IMG/VR virus record: IMGVR_UViG_3300033076_000962
Coordinates: 1 to 57,998 of that record
Origin: a virus
Lineage: Duplodnaviria; Caudoviricetes
DNA length: 57,998 bases
Strand: one strand, 5' to 3'
The translations under genes and the position numbers were made by a program. This document shows positions 17,163 through 28,400 of this stretch, in pieces. Below the pieces are notes generated by a model. The model had not been told where the DNA came from. It worked only from the letters and a program-made list of their open reading frames with translations, and did not search any database. Every line of letters starts with the position of its first letter. Position 1 is the first letter of the stretch.

Positions 17163-19027
17163 AATCACAATTTACAGTAGAATTTGCAGGGAGTTCTTAT
17201 CCTTCATTCTACCTTACTCAAAAATCGGATGCAGAGAGAGCTATAGCGGTAATGCTTGAGTCTAAGGAGATTCTAGCAGCCGATACTGAAACGGCTCCGT
17301 TGCCACAGTACCGGCATATAGCTGAAGCTGCTTTATCCCCTCACCTAGCAAAGCCAAGGCTTGTGCAGATGTTTACAGGGAAGGGAGCTGTTGTAATTGA
17401 CCTGTATAAGACAGGAGAGATTGAATCGCTAGGTACATTGTTTAACACTAGGCCAAGCGTGTTTCATAACATGAACTTCGACTTGAAGATGCTCATGAAA
17501 TGGCATGGGGTTTCCTATCCAGATATGCATTGTACGGCAATCATGGCTAGGTGCTGCTGGCAAGCTATGTACCCAGGGTTCAAATCGGCAACTCTGAAGG
17601 ACGTAGCCAAGGCATTATTCAAAGAGGATGTTATTAAGCAAGCCGGTGCTTCTGATTGGTCAATGCCTGAACTTACTTATGAGCAGGTATACTACGCTGC
17701 AAAGGATGCGGTCATTCAGCGTGTGATCTATGACAAACTATCTCAGTGGTTAGAGAAGTTAAACCTAACCAAGTGCTACGAAGTGTATAGGAAGGCTCAG
17801 ATTGTTCTATCTCAGATGGAACTAAATGGGATACTGGTTGATAAGGATGCACATAGAAAAAATATAGTTACTTGGCGACAAGCTATGGCCGATGCAAGGG
17901 ATGAGGTAGAGAGAATCACGGGCCTGAGAAGCATTACTGATTCCAAGATTAGTGAGTGGTTAAAGAAGAACCTTGAGGCAGATTTGCTTGCTGTATGGCC
18001 CAAGACAGAGAGCAGCAAAGAGAATGATAGTTTAGAGAACCAGCAGTTAGCAGTTAATTCAGATGCATTGGTAAACTTCTCTCACCTTGAAATTGTAAAA
18101 CCGTTCTCAGAGTTTCAGAAATATAAGAAACTATGTACTGCGTTTGGGACTAGCTTATTGGAGCAAGTAAATCCTGCGACTGGAAAGATTCATTCTGGGT
18201 ATACTGTCTGTGGGGCAAGAACGGGCAGGGCTAGTTGCTCTAATCCAAACTTTCAGAACATGCCTCGTGACCCTAAAATGCGTGGGGTATTCACAGCTTC
18301 ACCTGGGTACGAGATGATGGTGTCTGACTTCTCTCAGATAGAGGTGAGAATCTTTGCTGAGTACTCGCGTGAGGAAAAGATGTTAATCGCGTTTGAACGT
18401 GGGCTAGACATCTATAAACATACAGCAGCCTTGTTGTTAAACAAGAAGTACGAGGATGTTACTAAGAAAGAACGTACACATGTTAAGCCTCTAGTATTAG
18501 GACTAGCCTATGGGCTAGGTAGCAGCAAGTACGGGCATTACGCTAAGAAAAACTATGGTGTATCTCTTACATTGGAAGAGAGCCATGACCTAGTACAGCA
18601 GTACAGAGAGCTATATGACCACTTGTATGCTTGGCAGCTACAACAACCGGCAAAGTGTGAGGCAAGCAACTACACCTGCTTTGCTGCTTTGGGGAAATCA
18701 AACAAGCTCTCAGAGGATAAATATTGGGGGGCGTCTATGAATCACCCGATTCAAAGTGCCGCTGCCACCATTATGTACCTAGCTCTAATCTTCTGTGAGA
18801 AGGCACTAAGAGGGACATCCGTTAAGTTCTTAGGTACAGTACATGACGAAATGATTATTGAGTATAAGAAAGAAGAAAGAAATCATGTAAAGAAAATATT
18901 GACAGAGCAATCTATAAAAGCATATCATGTTATAATGCAGTCTGAGAGAACACTGGTAAACTTGGTTGACCCTCTATGGGGGGATAATTGGGCTGAAGCT
19001 AAGGATGAGGATAGAGTAAGAGAATGA
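17159..19027 (+). CDS. polA: Family A DNA polymerase with 3'-5' exonuclease
   Basis: DTET, HNMNFD, YAAKDA; TGRASCSNPNFQN; DFSQIEVR; KPLVLGLAYG; VHDE. Confidence 0.95.
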   Translation: MKSQFTVEFAGSSYPSFYLTQKSDAERAIAVMLESKEILAADTETAPLPQYRHIAEAALSPHLAKPRLVQMFTGKGAVVIDLYKTGEIESLGTLFNTRPSVFHNMNFDLKMLMKWHGVSYPDMHCTAIMARCCWQAMYPGFKSATLKDVAKALFKEDVIKQAGASDWSMPELTYEQVYYAAKDAVIQRVIYDKLSQWLEKLNLTKCYEVYRKAQIVLSQMELNGILVDKDAHRKNIVTWRQAMADARDEVERITGLRSITDSKISEWLKKNLEADLLAVWPKTESSKENDSLENQQLAVNSDALVNFSHLEIVKPFSEFQKYKKLCTAFGTSLLEQVNPATGKIHSGYTVCGARTGRASCSNPNFQNMPRDPKMRGVFTASPGYEMMVSDFSQIEVRIFAEYSREEKMLIAFERGLDIYKHTAALLLNKKYEDVTKKERTHVKPLVLGLAYGLGSSKYGHYAKKNYGVSLTLEESHDLVQQYRELYDHLYAWQLQQPAKCEASNYTCFAALGKSNKLSEDKYWGASMNHPIQSAAATIMYLALIFCEKALRGTSVKFLGTVHDEMIIEYKKEERNHVKKILTEQSIKAYHVIMQSERTLVNLVDPLWGDNWAEAKDEDRVRE

Positions 19028-19491
19028 TAATTGCTGGTATAGATCCTGGTAGTAAAGGTGCAATTGTTTGCATTGATGATAAAGAAGTCATCACTGCATA
19101 CTTGAGGTATTCTACTAGGGTAGAAAGGTATCAGTTCTTAGAAAAGCACCGGCCTTCTCTAGTATTCCTAGAGAAGCTATGGGGAGTGCCTCCTTCATCT
19201 GCTGCTACTAACTTCAACTTGGGATGTCATTATTGCTGTGATGAATTTGCGTTAGAGCTACTAGGTATTCCCTATGAGATTGTGGCAGCTAAGACATGGC
19301 AGTTAAGTGTACTAAATTTCAGAGGTTCTAAGAAGGACAGAGAGAGTAAGAAATCTTCTATATCGTTTGTTACTAGACGGTATCCAGATTTGAAACTCCC
19401 TCAAAAAACATTAAAAGAAATAGATGAATCTTCAGGTATCGCAGATGCATTGTGTATTGCGATATATGGGAGACGTATTTCAAATAACTAA
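19024..19491 (+). CDS. RuvC-like Holliday junction resolvase
   Basis: IAGIDPG..GA, FLEK, GIADALCIA. Confidence 0.85.
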   Translation: MIIAGIDPGSKGAIVCIDDKEVITAYLRYSTRVERYQFLEKHRPSLVFLEKLWGVPPSSAATNFNLGCHYCCDEFALELLGIPYEIVAAKTWQLSVLNFRGSKKDRESKKSSISFVTRRYPDLKLPQKTLKEIDESSGIADALCIAIYGRRISNN

Positions 19492-19500
19492 GGAGAGTAT

Positions 19501-20067
19501 ATGCCAAGACCGAAAGGATCGAAGAACAAAGTAAAAGCTGATAAGCCTGTTAAGGTATTAACCCCAGAGAGTACTTCTAAGGGTAAGAGGGGCAGACCTA
19601 AAGGAGCAGTGAAAGCAGTAAAGGTACAAGCTGTTCCATTTCAGGAGCAGATTAAGGAAGTGCTATTTCATGTACTAGAGCTATTTAAGGCATCCTTACT
19701 TGATGCCTTCCGGCAGTACCTTGAATCCAGAATCAGAGCTTCTCAACCTGCTAGTGTTGAGGAGTTTACGGATAAGTTTAAGCATACTATGAGTTTGCAT
19801 GGGCTTAGTAAGGAGACACTGTTAGGTGCTTTGAATCCTGTAGAACTTGAGTATTTGGAAGAGAATATTAAACGGTCACAGCAGTTAAGGGATAAGCTGC
19901 AAACTATGGAAACACAGCCAGTTGCACAGCCAGTTGCACAGCCGGTGCAAGAAGCAATATCTCCTGCTCCCCAAGCTGCTACTCAGCAAGTAGAATTAAA
20001 GCTGGTACAGAAGGAAGAATCAAAGCAGGAAGCAATTTCTGTGTTTGATGCTTTAGATATGGTTTAA
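19501..20067 (+). CDS. AT-hook-containing protein
   Basis: PRPKGSKNK and KRGRPKG; (QPVA) repeats. Confidence 0.7.
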   Translation: MPRPKGSKNKVKADKPVKVLTPESTSKGKRGRPKGAVKAVKVQAVPFQEQIKEVLFHVLELFKASLLDAFRQYLESRIRASQPASVEEFTDKFKHTMSLHGLSKETLLGALNPVELEYLEENIKRSQQLRDKLQTMETQPVAQPVAQPVQEAISPAPQAATQQVELKLVQKEESKQEAISVFDALDMV

Positions 20068-20085
20068 TTTATTAGGGAGGTTCCT

Positions 20086-21207
20086 ATGATATACGGACAT
20101 GAATTTTTAGGTGCAGCAAAGTATCCTAAGTTTGCTATCAGGAACCTCCCTAGTGGACGTTGTGGAAAGACATTTTCTAAAGAGTTTGGCCCGTCTCAGC
20201 CTGTTCTTAAAGGGTGGGCTGAGAAGGGAGTTCACCCAATCATAGCTACTCAAGGGCTATGGAGAGGTGGAGCGCACGACTATTCCGGGGGTGCTATCTT
20301 AGCAGAAGGCTTAAAAGAGCTAGAGAAGTTTATCTTAATAGCTGAAGCATACCCAAAACAGAAGTTTCAATTTTCTATCTTCTGTGAGCATAAGTTAAAG
20401 CTAAATCAGTTAGTGCGAGTATTTCAAGAGCAATGGGAGTTAGTTAAGAAGGTTCCCAATATTACATTAGTAAACAACCCTATGAATGGAGGGGATTTAC
20501 TAAAGCCTGACCAGTTTGGGTTTCCCGTACTGAATGAAATTCATGGTACTTGGCAGCCAAAGATGCAAGGCATGGCTCCTTACATGTGGGCTTGTGATGG
20601 CCTACCGGCGCAAGATTGTGACATCCAGAAGTACAAGGACATTCATTCAGAAGCACAAATAATATGGCTATGGATGCAACAGTATAACTGTAAGAAGAAG
20701 GTTACAGATACAACTCCAATAGACCAGAGAGGGGTTAAGCCAATAGAGAAGCAAGTTATCTCATTAGAGTATTTGATACCTAATAAGGGGGCTACAAAGT
20801 TTAACGCGAAATCACTGTATAAAACACATGCAGACCAGCATTATGATGAGCCTAAAGGTAGGGAGCAGAAGCCTGTTATAATTACAGAAGCAGATGCTAC
20901 TAAACTGGAGTTTAGAGCATCTAATGGGGAAGTAATTGCAGAAGCTCCTAGAGCTGGTAAGTATACAGATGGCAGACCTTTATACAGACCTACTATGTGG
21001 GGATTTGAAATACAGGACAGAGCTACTAAACTTACAGGTAATCCTCTAGTAAATATAGTTGCTGTTAGGAAGGATAAAAGAATCAATCTTGGAGTAGTGA
21101 ACCCTGCGTTTAGGGAGAACGCTTACCGGCTGGCTGTTGCCCCTCCAAAGGTTAGAAGAGGCGAGACACTAGGAGCTATGATTAATATAAGTTTGGATTG
21201 GGTATGA
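20086..21207 (+). CDS. Hypothetical protein (373 aa)
   Basis: GGAGG RBS; long ORF; no recognised family. Confidence 0.8.
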   Translation: MIYGHEFLGAAKYPKFAIRNLPSGRCGKTFSKEFGPSQPVLKGWAEKGVHPIIATQGLWRGGAHDYSGGAILAEGLKELEKFILIAEAYPKQKFQFSIFCEHKLKLNQLVRVFQEQWELVKKVPNITLVNNPMNGGDLLKPDQFGFPVLNEIHGTWQPKMQGMAPYMWACDGLPAQDCDIQKYKDIHSEAQIIWLWMQQYNCKKKVTDTTPIDQRGVKPIEKQVISLEYLIPNKGATKFNAKSLYKTHADQHYDEPKGREQKPVIITEADATKLEFRASNGEVIAEAPRAGKYTDGRPLYRPTMWGFEIQDRATKLTGNPLVNIVAVRKDKRINLGVVNPAFRENAYRLAVAPPKVRRGETLGAMINISLDWV

Positions 21208-21455
21208 GCGACGAACAAGCTGAGCAGTTAAATAAATTCTTGGAAGAAACTAAGGATCGCTTTGATAAGTACTTTAATGAACTAGGGTACTTATGTTTTA
21301 TATTTAATCCTGCTAAGCACGACGGGCAGTCTGTGTACATTACCAATTCACCGGAGGACGTACTAAGCATAGTAAGACCTTATGCTAATGTAGAAAAAGT
21401 AGCAGAGACTAAGGCTAGACATAAAGAGCTTAAAAAAATACGGAGGATAAAATGA
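21204..21455 (+). CDS. Hypothetical protein
   Basis: ATGA-coupled. Confidence 0.65.
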   Translation: MSDEQAEQLNKFLEETKDRFDKYFNELGYLCFIFNPAKHDGQSVYITNSPEDVLSIVRPYANVEKVAETKARHKELKKIRRIK

Positions 21456-21562
21456 AATATGTAATTATGTGCTTATTAGCATTATCAATATCCTTATCGG
21501 ACAAGGACGATATGGTTCTAGTTTGTGATAAAGATGGGTGTAAGGTAGTAATTATTTATTGA
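21452..21562 (+). CDS. Small secreted/membrane peptide (36 aa)
   Basis: GGAGG RBS, ATGA coupling; MKYVIMCLLALSIS... Confidence 0.55.
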   Translation: MKYVIMCLLALSISLSDKDDMVLVCDKDGCKVVIIY

Positions 21563-21563
21563 T

Positions 21564-21887
21564 ATGCAGCCTAGTAAGAGTTTGAGAACAGCAGCAAAGC
21601 TGTTGCTGAATGTTCTTATTAAAAAGTTTGGTGGTCATTCGGAGGTGGCACGAGCTATCGGAGCTGATCGACAGCTAATCTATATAGCGTGTGATAAAGG
21701 GTATGTTACGTTAAGCACTGTATACCTAGTATCTAAGGCTTTACAAATTGACCCATGGGCATTGTCTTATGTTAAGCTCTATCAAGTATTTGGAGAGGAG
21801 TCTAAGAACTTTGAGAAGGTAGTGAAAACCACCGGAGTTTTAGATAGTGATGAAATAGCTAGTATTTTGAAAGTGTACAAGCAATGA
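21564..21887 (+). CDS. HTH DNA-binding protein
   Basis: FGGHSEVARAIGADRQLIY. Confidence 0.65.
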   Translation: MQPSKSLRTAAKLLLNVLIKKFGGHSEVARAIGADRQLIYIACDKGYVTLSTVYLVSKALQIDPWALSYVKLYQVFGEESKNFEKVVKTTGVLDSDEIASILKVYKQ

Positions 21888-22156
21888 CAGCACCAAATGA
21901 CGACAATGTAGCTTGTGGGTATTGGTTCCTCAATACAGGAAAGGACGACTCAATGATTGATGCCTGTGCTTGGCATGACGAGGCGTATACAGAGGGAACT
22001 TGGAAGAATAAGAATCTTACTAGAAAGGAAACCGACCAGTGGTTTCTAAATCAAATGCTACAGATAGCCGGTGGAGATAAAGTTAAAATAGCAAAGGCGT
22101 ATACATTTTACGCATTAACCAGAACATTTGGGTGGATGTTTTGGGAGGGCAAATAG
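21884..22156 (+). CDS. Phospholipase A2-like / DUF1353-like small protein
   Basis: DACAWHDEAY...RKETDQWF...YxxxRxFG. Confidence 0.6.
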   Translation: MTAPNDDNVACGYWFLNTGKDDSMIDACAWHDEAYTEGTWKNKNLTRKETDQWFLNQMLQIAGGDKVKIAKAYTFYALTRTFGWMFWEGK

Positions 22157-22464
22157 TGGAATACACTTTCCTGTATGAAGAAGATGACCCTGCAATAGTA
22201 GCTGTCTCCCCAGAACGAAAGCTATTTCTAGCAATATTAAGCAGAGCTGTTTTGGATATTATAGGAGAAAACCGAAAGCATAGGCGTCAAGCTATAGCTT
22301 GGATTAAAGGATCTCCTGGGCAGATTACCTTTCAGCAGATATGCGAGTTATTTGACTTATCAGGAGATAGGCTTCTTAAATTGGAACAGTATATAAATCA
22401 AGAAGCCCAAGTGGACATCCGGTTTAGAATTGATCCAGGAAAACTACCTGACACTTCTATCTAG
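22156..22464 (+). CDS. Conserved-looking phage hypothetical protein
   Basis: ERKLFLAILSRAVLD...AIAWI...F..ICE; overlaps the converging gene end. Confidence 0.65.
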   Translation: MEYTFLYEEDDPAIVAVSPERKLFLAILSRAVLDIIGENRKHRRQAIAWIKGSPGQITFQQICELFDLSGDRLLKLEQYINQEAQVDIRFRIDPGKLPDTSI

Positions 22465-25400
22465 TACTTCTAATCTAGCTTCTGCCCGTATAGCTGCTAC
22501 TTGTTTATTTATGTATGCTTGGTTCTCTTCAGAGAATGTTGAGAAATCAGGTTCATTTATTAGACTACTTAGAAACTCCTTTATCTGAGGACCGGATATT
22601 CTAAGCACTTCATAGGATTCATTTTCGTCTAGTAAATCTCTATACCCCTCTCCAAGTTTAGCTACTCTATCCTCTCCATAAGCTAATGTTTCTCGTTTAC
22701 CCATCTTGATGGTAGGAGTCGGAGGCGTAAAGGTATAGCCAGTTCTAACCCTCCATTGATTTATAGGGTCATCATTTCTGGTAGTAACAAAGATATTGGT
22801 AGGAACACGTTGTTGCCATGGCAGTTCAATTGGTTCCCCAAATGCATTGAGCATCCTCTTAGCACCGGATATTTCTCTACCGTAAGGGATGTTGTTTAGT
22901 AACTTGGCCTTAAAATTATTGTAGGTCTGTGTAGGGGTTCCGTCTGTCCATTTGTATAAGTTTCTTAAAAATCCTACTGAGGGAACAAAGCCTTGAATAT
23001 TGCCCGCAGCCCATGATGAGAGCCAGTTAGACGTTCTGGTTGCAGCTCTTTCGCTCATTGTTAAATCTTCATCAAGTGCTTTTCCTCCACTCAATGCATT
23101 GAAAAACTCTGATGAATTTTTCATGAATGATATGCTACCAAGTGCATTGCCTAATGCTGTTACCAACATGAAGGCAGTTCTCTCTATAGGTTGGTTTGCT
23201 TTGACTGACCTGTTTATTATATCAGCACCGGCAAGTGCATAAGTTAATGGCCCTAATAGATCCCTAGAAAGAGTCATGCCTCCTATTTTTAAGGTGAAAG
23301 GTTTGATACCTTGAGCCTTCCATTCGTCTTCTTTGCCTTCTGGGATAGCCCCATAAAACTTTATGAATGGGTTTTTATCATCGTCAAAGGCTGCTAGGAT
23401 ACTAGCCATTCCAACCATCACAACTGTACCTACCATCATTCTACCGGAGTACTCTAAAAACTCCTGATGGTATATGTCTGCTTCATCTGCTCTCTGTTGG
23501 ATCTCTGCTTCTGTAAGTGCTGCTAACCCTTGAGCTACATTGTTTTCAGATTCTTTTGTTGCCTTTAGTACCGCAGCAGCTCTAGCTTCTTGACTCTTTC
23601 GTTTGGCTCTTACTATTCCACCAGGAGCAGTAATAGGCATGTAGGACATCATTTCATTGGTCAAGTTCCCTGCTACATTTAAAAATGAGTTTAGGATCTG
23701 AGGAACAAATTTAACTCTCTTGCCTCCTATTTCAAAGACAGCATTAGTTACTCCCTGCATGAGCTTTACAGTAGCCCCCATTATTCCTTCAGGGGGGTTC
23801 ATGTATACAGCTCTTAAACCACCGGCCTTAGATGCTTCTCGCACTCTTTCAGGTCTGCTACTCTCCATCAGTTCATAGAACATGATGCGTTGCTGTCTAG
23901 GGGTCATTTCAATACCAACTGCCTTTAGAGCCTGTACTCTAGCGGCTACAGCAGCTCTATTTTGCTTAATGCGAGTGTCTGTTTCATACAGCATATTTTG
24001 CATTAAACTTAATTGCTGCTCTTTAGTTCCTTTCCCTGCTGCTAGTAAGGCTGCTACTCTTGCATGGCCTTCATTTGCAGTGCCAAAAGCTACGGTATCC
24101 GTAGCAGCTTGAACCCTTCTGGATAATTCAGCTATAGCTAATAAGGGTTGAACTGGATTTACAATAGTGAAGTTACCTACTTTAGACGTTAGCCACCTAA
24201 GTTCTGGAGCAGGAGCGTTCATGTCTCCTTCTGGATTGGTAGATAGTCTTCCTCTTCTAGCTCCCTGCATTACGTCTACTGCATCATTAAATGCAGCATT
24301 TAGTAAACCTGTAGTAACTCCTTTAACAAATTCAATTGACTTGGTTCGCTGTCCTGTTGCTAACCTACCAACATCAGTAGCTGCATAGGACGATGCAGTA
24401 CCAACTACGGATAGAAAGCTACCCATATTCCGTAACCATGTTTCAGGACCGGATAGTTGGTTAGCTCTCCAATACTCTGTAATCTTACTAATAGATTCAG
24501 AAGTGGGGGGAAGTATCTTTATCAACTGCGCTAAAATAGCTTGGTCTAACACTGCTCTATCAGTAGGAGAAATAGCTTCCTCTCTAGCTCTATAAAGTTC
24601 AGCCAGTAGTTGCTGATCCTTAATAGAGAACTTAGACATGTTCTCTTCAAACTTGGCCTTAGCCATATCAAAGGCTGTTCTTGCTTTACGTTGTCTTGTC
24701 TTAGCGTTGACCAGTTTAGTTGTAGTTTCCTTTGGTATGGAAATCTTTATTCTGCCTTCCTTGGCAGCCGTTGATAGAGTAGTCTTCTTTGCTTCAATCG
24801 CGTCTACTTTCTTTTGTGCTTTATCGGATAACGCTAAAGGGGCTTTCTTAGCCTTTTTTAGCGACCTAATCATATTTTGTCTTTCGGCGGCTAATGACCG
24901 AAGGTGCTTAACCTTCTTACTATTCTTAGGGTCTAGTTTCCTCTCTTGCTCGAACTGATGACGTAGAGAGGTTAGCTTCTTACGCAATTCATTTTGTCTT
25001 TTAACTGCTTCTGATAGAGGTTTCTTAGGAGTAGCTTTTCTCTCTTCTATGGAATTTTCTACATTAGCTAATTTGGTTTCCGTTTCAGTTAACTTATTAG
25101 TGACTGCTTCTAGTTTATTTTGGAGTTCTACTACTTTCTTGGCTGTTTGCTCTTGTTGTTTTAATACTTTCTTATCTGTAGTGGGAGCAGATTCAGTAGG
25201 CTTAACTACTTTAATCTGAGCAGTAGCCCCTTTGTATTTCTTATCTCCAAAATATCCGAAAGCCTTGTTATCTTTAAGGCTCTTATTAATCTGACGAATT
25301 AAAGAAGGCAGGTCTTTTGCTTTAAAATTACCAGCGGATATGCCTCCATCTGGAGTATCTTTTAGTTCTAACTCTTCGTTTACACTTTCCCCTTTTATTG

Positions 25401-28400
25401 AGATTACAGATTTAGGTTTTTCTGTAGGAGCAGATTCAGTAGGCTTAGTTGCTTCTATGCTTGCTGTTAGCTTTTCTCGCTGAGTTTCAAGTTCTTTAAT
25501 CCTATTCTCTAATTCTGCCTTCCTATCAAGCTGCGCCTTAGTAGGTTCCAGCATAACAGGTGTGGAGATATCAGCAGATACTTCAGCAAGTTCTCCTTCA
25601 ACAATCTGAATCTCTTGCTGTACTGCAACACCGGTTTCAGTTAGTTGATTTTTAACGTCCTCTAATGCTTCAGCTTCTTGTCTTTTTAATTCTACTAACT
25701 CCTCTTCCATCTGTTGAAGAGGTTCATCAATATTCTTTCTCTGCTCTTTATCCTTTATCTCTTGAATCTCAGCATCCATAGCTGCTAATTCCTTAGCAAC
25801 TGGATCTCCTATCTCAGCTTCAATAGCAGCCACTTCAGCATCGGCTGCTTCTGCTTCTATCTGTAGCTCTTTTAAACCTACCTTTGGTAATCCTAGTTCC
25901 TTGGCTGTATCCTCCTCTGCCTTTTGTCGGGCATCTCGTCTAAATACCCCAATTGCTTCTTGTACCTCTTCAGGTATTACAATACCGCCCATGGCTCGTT
26001 GAGCTTGGTTTGTACCTAACTGCATTGTAGACCCGGCTGCATTTGACAGTCCTGCCTGTATTCTTGCAGCATTTTGGATTAGTGGAACGTATGCGTCCTC
26101 TAGCTTAAAGTTACCATCGGCTGCTGCTTGCTCTTGTGCTCTCTTTAACTGAGCCGTCAGTACAGAAGCTACAGCATAATCCTGTGGGCCTCCTTTGCCT
26201 TCCAAGGTTTCAAGATATGCTAATGTACCTATGTACCCTTTGTCCTTTATGAAAGTTGCTGCTTCTATGCCCTGCTGTTTATTGACATTAGGAACATAGG
26301 TCATTAAAGGGTATTGAATAGCAGTACCTTCAGAATCCTCACCTTGCAAGGATAATCCAAACGCTTCCGCTTGTTCTGGAGTTAATGTATTTCTAAATCT
26401 CTTAGCCCATTGCTGCTCCTTCTTACCCTTCATGTCGCCTACAAAAGCAGCACCGGCTGACTTACCGGCTATAGGGGAAGAACCGATCCTAGCTTCCTTA
26501 CCTGTAACAACGGATATTTTCTGATGGGCATCGACTGTCTCTATATCAACACCATCGACCTGAACATCGACTTGCCCTACTTCAAGCCCTGATACAGCCG
26601 GTACTTCTACTTCTTGCAGTCCTGTTGGCTTATCGCTGATAGGGTCAGGGTTAGTTAAGAAATCAGGTTTAAGAAACTTAGACTTAACAAATAGTTTTCC
26701 ATCTCTGCTATAGATGTGGAAGGAGGTACCATCTGGCGCTGCTGCTGCTTTTAGCTGCTGTAGCCTGTTAGCCACATCCGGCTGTACTGAGAAGGTATGT
26801 TGATATGCTTCCTCAACAGTTCCGTTCCCTAAGTTGTCATCGTTATGTAGGCGATCTCCGTCAGTTACTATCTTAGTGCCATCTTCTCTAGTAGCTACTA
26901 CATCAGGATTAGCTAGGGTTACTGGTCTGCTCTTTTTAACTAACACCTCACTAGGGGGAGTGGTCTGTAGGTTTTCTTGCTCTATTGCGTTGTTCAGTTC
27001 TTCTGCTTGCTGCTCTGCTTGCTTAACAACTAAATCAGGAAAGTGCTTGTCTATATCAAGCACCATTTCCTTTGCTTCCCCTGTAAACTCAAAGCCTAAG
27101 TTCTCATAGAAGGCTTCTAACCTTGGCTGTAACGCTTCTGTATCTGCTGTAGGAACTACAAAGATTTTATTCTTACCGTCTGCCTTAGCTCTGAAAATTA
27201 AATCCGTTACTAAGGCAGTACCCTCTCCTCTGCCCTGTCTTTCTGGATTTACTTGTAGGTTGGATATGTAAACACTATCTTCCCCAACTGTAGAGTAATC
27301 CAATCTGCCTGTGCCTTCCTTTGCTAAAAAGCCTGTATCTTGCAACTGTGGCTCAACTGTAGCTTGCTCTCCTTCTTCTGGGATAACTACATTCTGCACT
27401 TCTCCTTCCACGGGAGAAGTTGTAGGAGGAAGAGTACTTTCAGTTCCTCTCACACTTTGAGCTACTTCTCCTATCCCACTAGCTAAACCAGCGGTAACAA
27501 AGCCAGCTATAAAGCTAGTAGCTGTTCCCTTAGTAGGGTCAAACTCAGTATCTTGCCCTATGCTCTCAGCATAATTTGAAGCAACTTGCCCTGCGCTTTC
27601 AGTAGTTCCTTCTAACGTAGCTGCCCCTAGCACTCTAGGGAAAACTTTAGTTCCTAGCTTCTGGATTGTCTGGTCAACAGCTTCTCCTCCTAGCTGACCA
27701 GCAACCTTGCCAAATATCTTTCCACCTACCGTAGCTTGTACTGTTTGACTGGCAGCTTCTATACCGGCTGCTGCCAATGCTTCTCCTTGTGTAGCACCTA
27801 CTTGTCTAGCTTCTTCGTATTGCTCTTTTGCTGCTCCTACACCTTGTAGTCCTAAGTACCCATAAGCCCCCACGGGGCCAGCAGCTAAAGCAGACCCTAC
27901 AGCTCCGGCTGCTGATCCTAAGCCACTAGCAATAGCACTACCGTATGACTCATCGTATTCAGGGTTAGTACGTTCTATAAAATAATTTTCTAAATCTTTA
28001 TCCCCCAAAGCATGAGCAAAAGGAGAAATAGCGCCTTGAAAGAATCTTAGAGTTCTATCTTCTATATAGTTGGCTTTTCCTAATACTTCCCTACGTTGCA
28101 ATACTGCTGCTTTTTCTATATTGCCTGTAAGCCAATCTCTGTTCTGTATGTACTCCGGTTCCTCAGTAGCAGCTAGAGCTTCCTTATTTTTAAGTTCCCA
28201 TTTATTGATCCTGTCTAGCTTTTGCTGCTCTTCAGTTTCCCCCTCTACTTCTATCTCATCAAAGTTTATGGGAGCAGCATCTATCGTAGCGTTATAATCA
28301 AAAGGCGTCTTTACATCGAATCGTTCTCTAACCTCTCTACTTCGTGAAGCTAGAATGTCTTCTGCTTTTTTTCTATCTTGAAACTCATATTCAGAGTATA

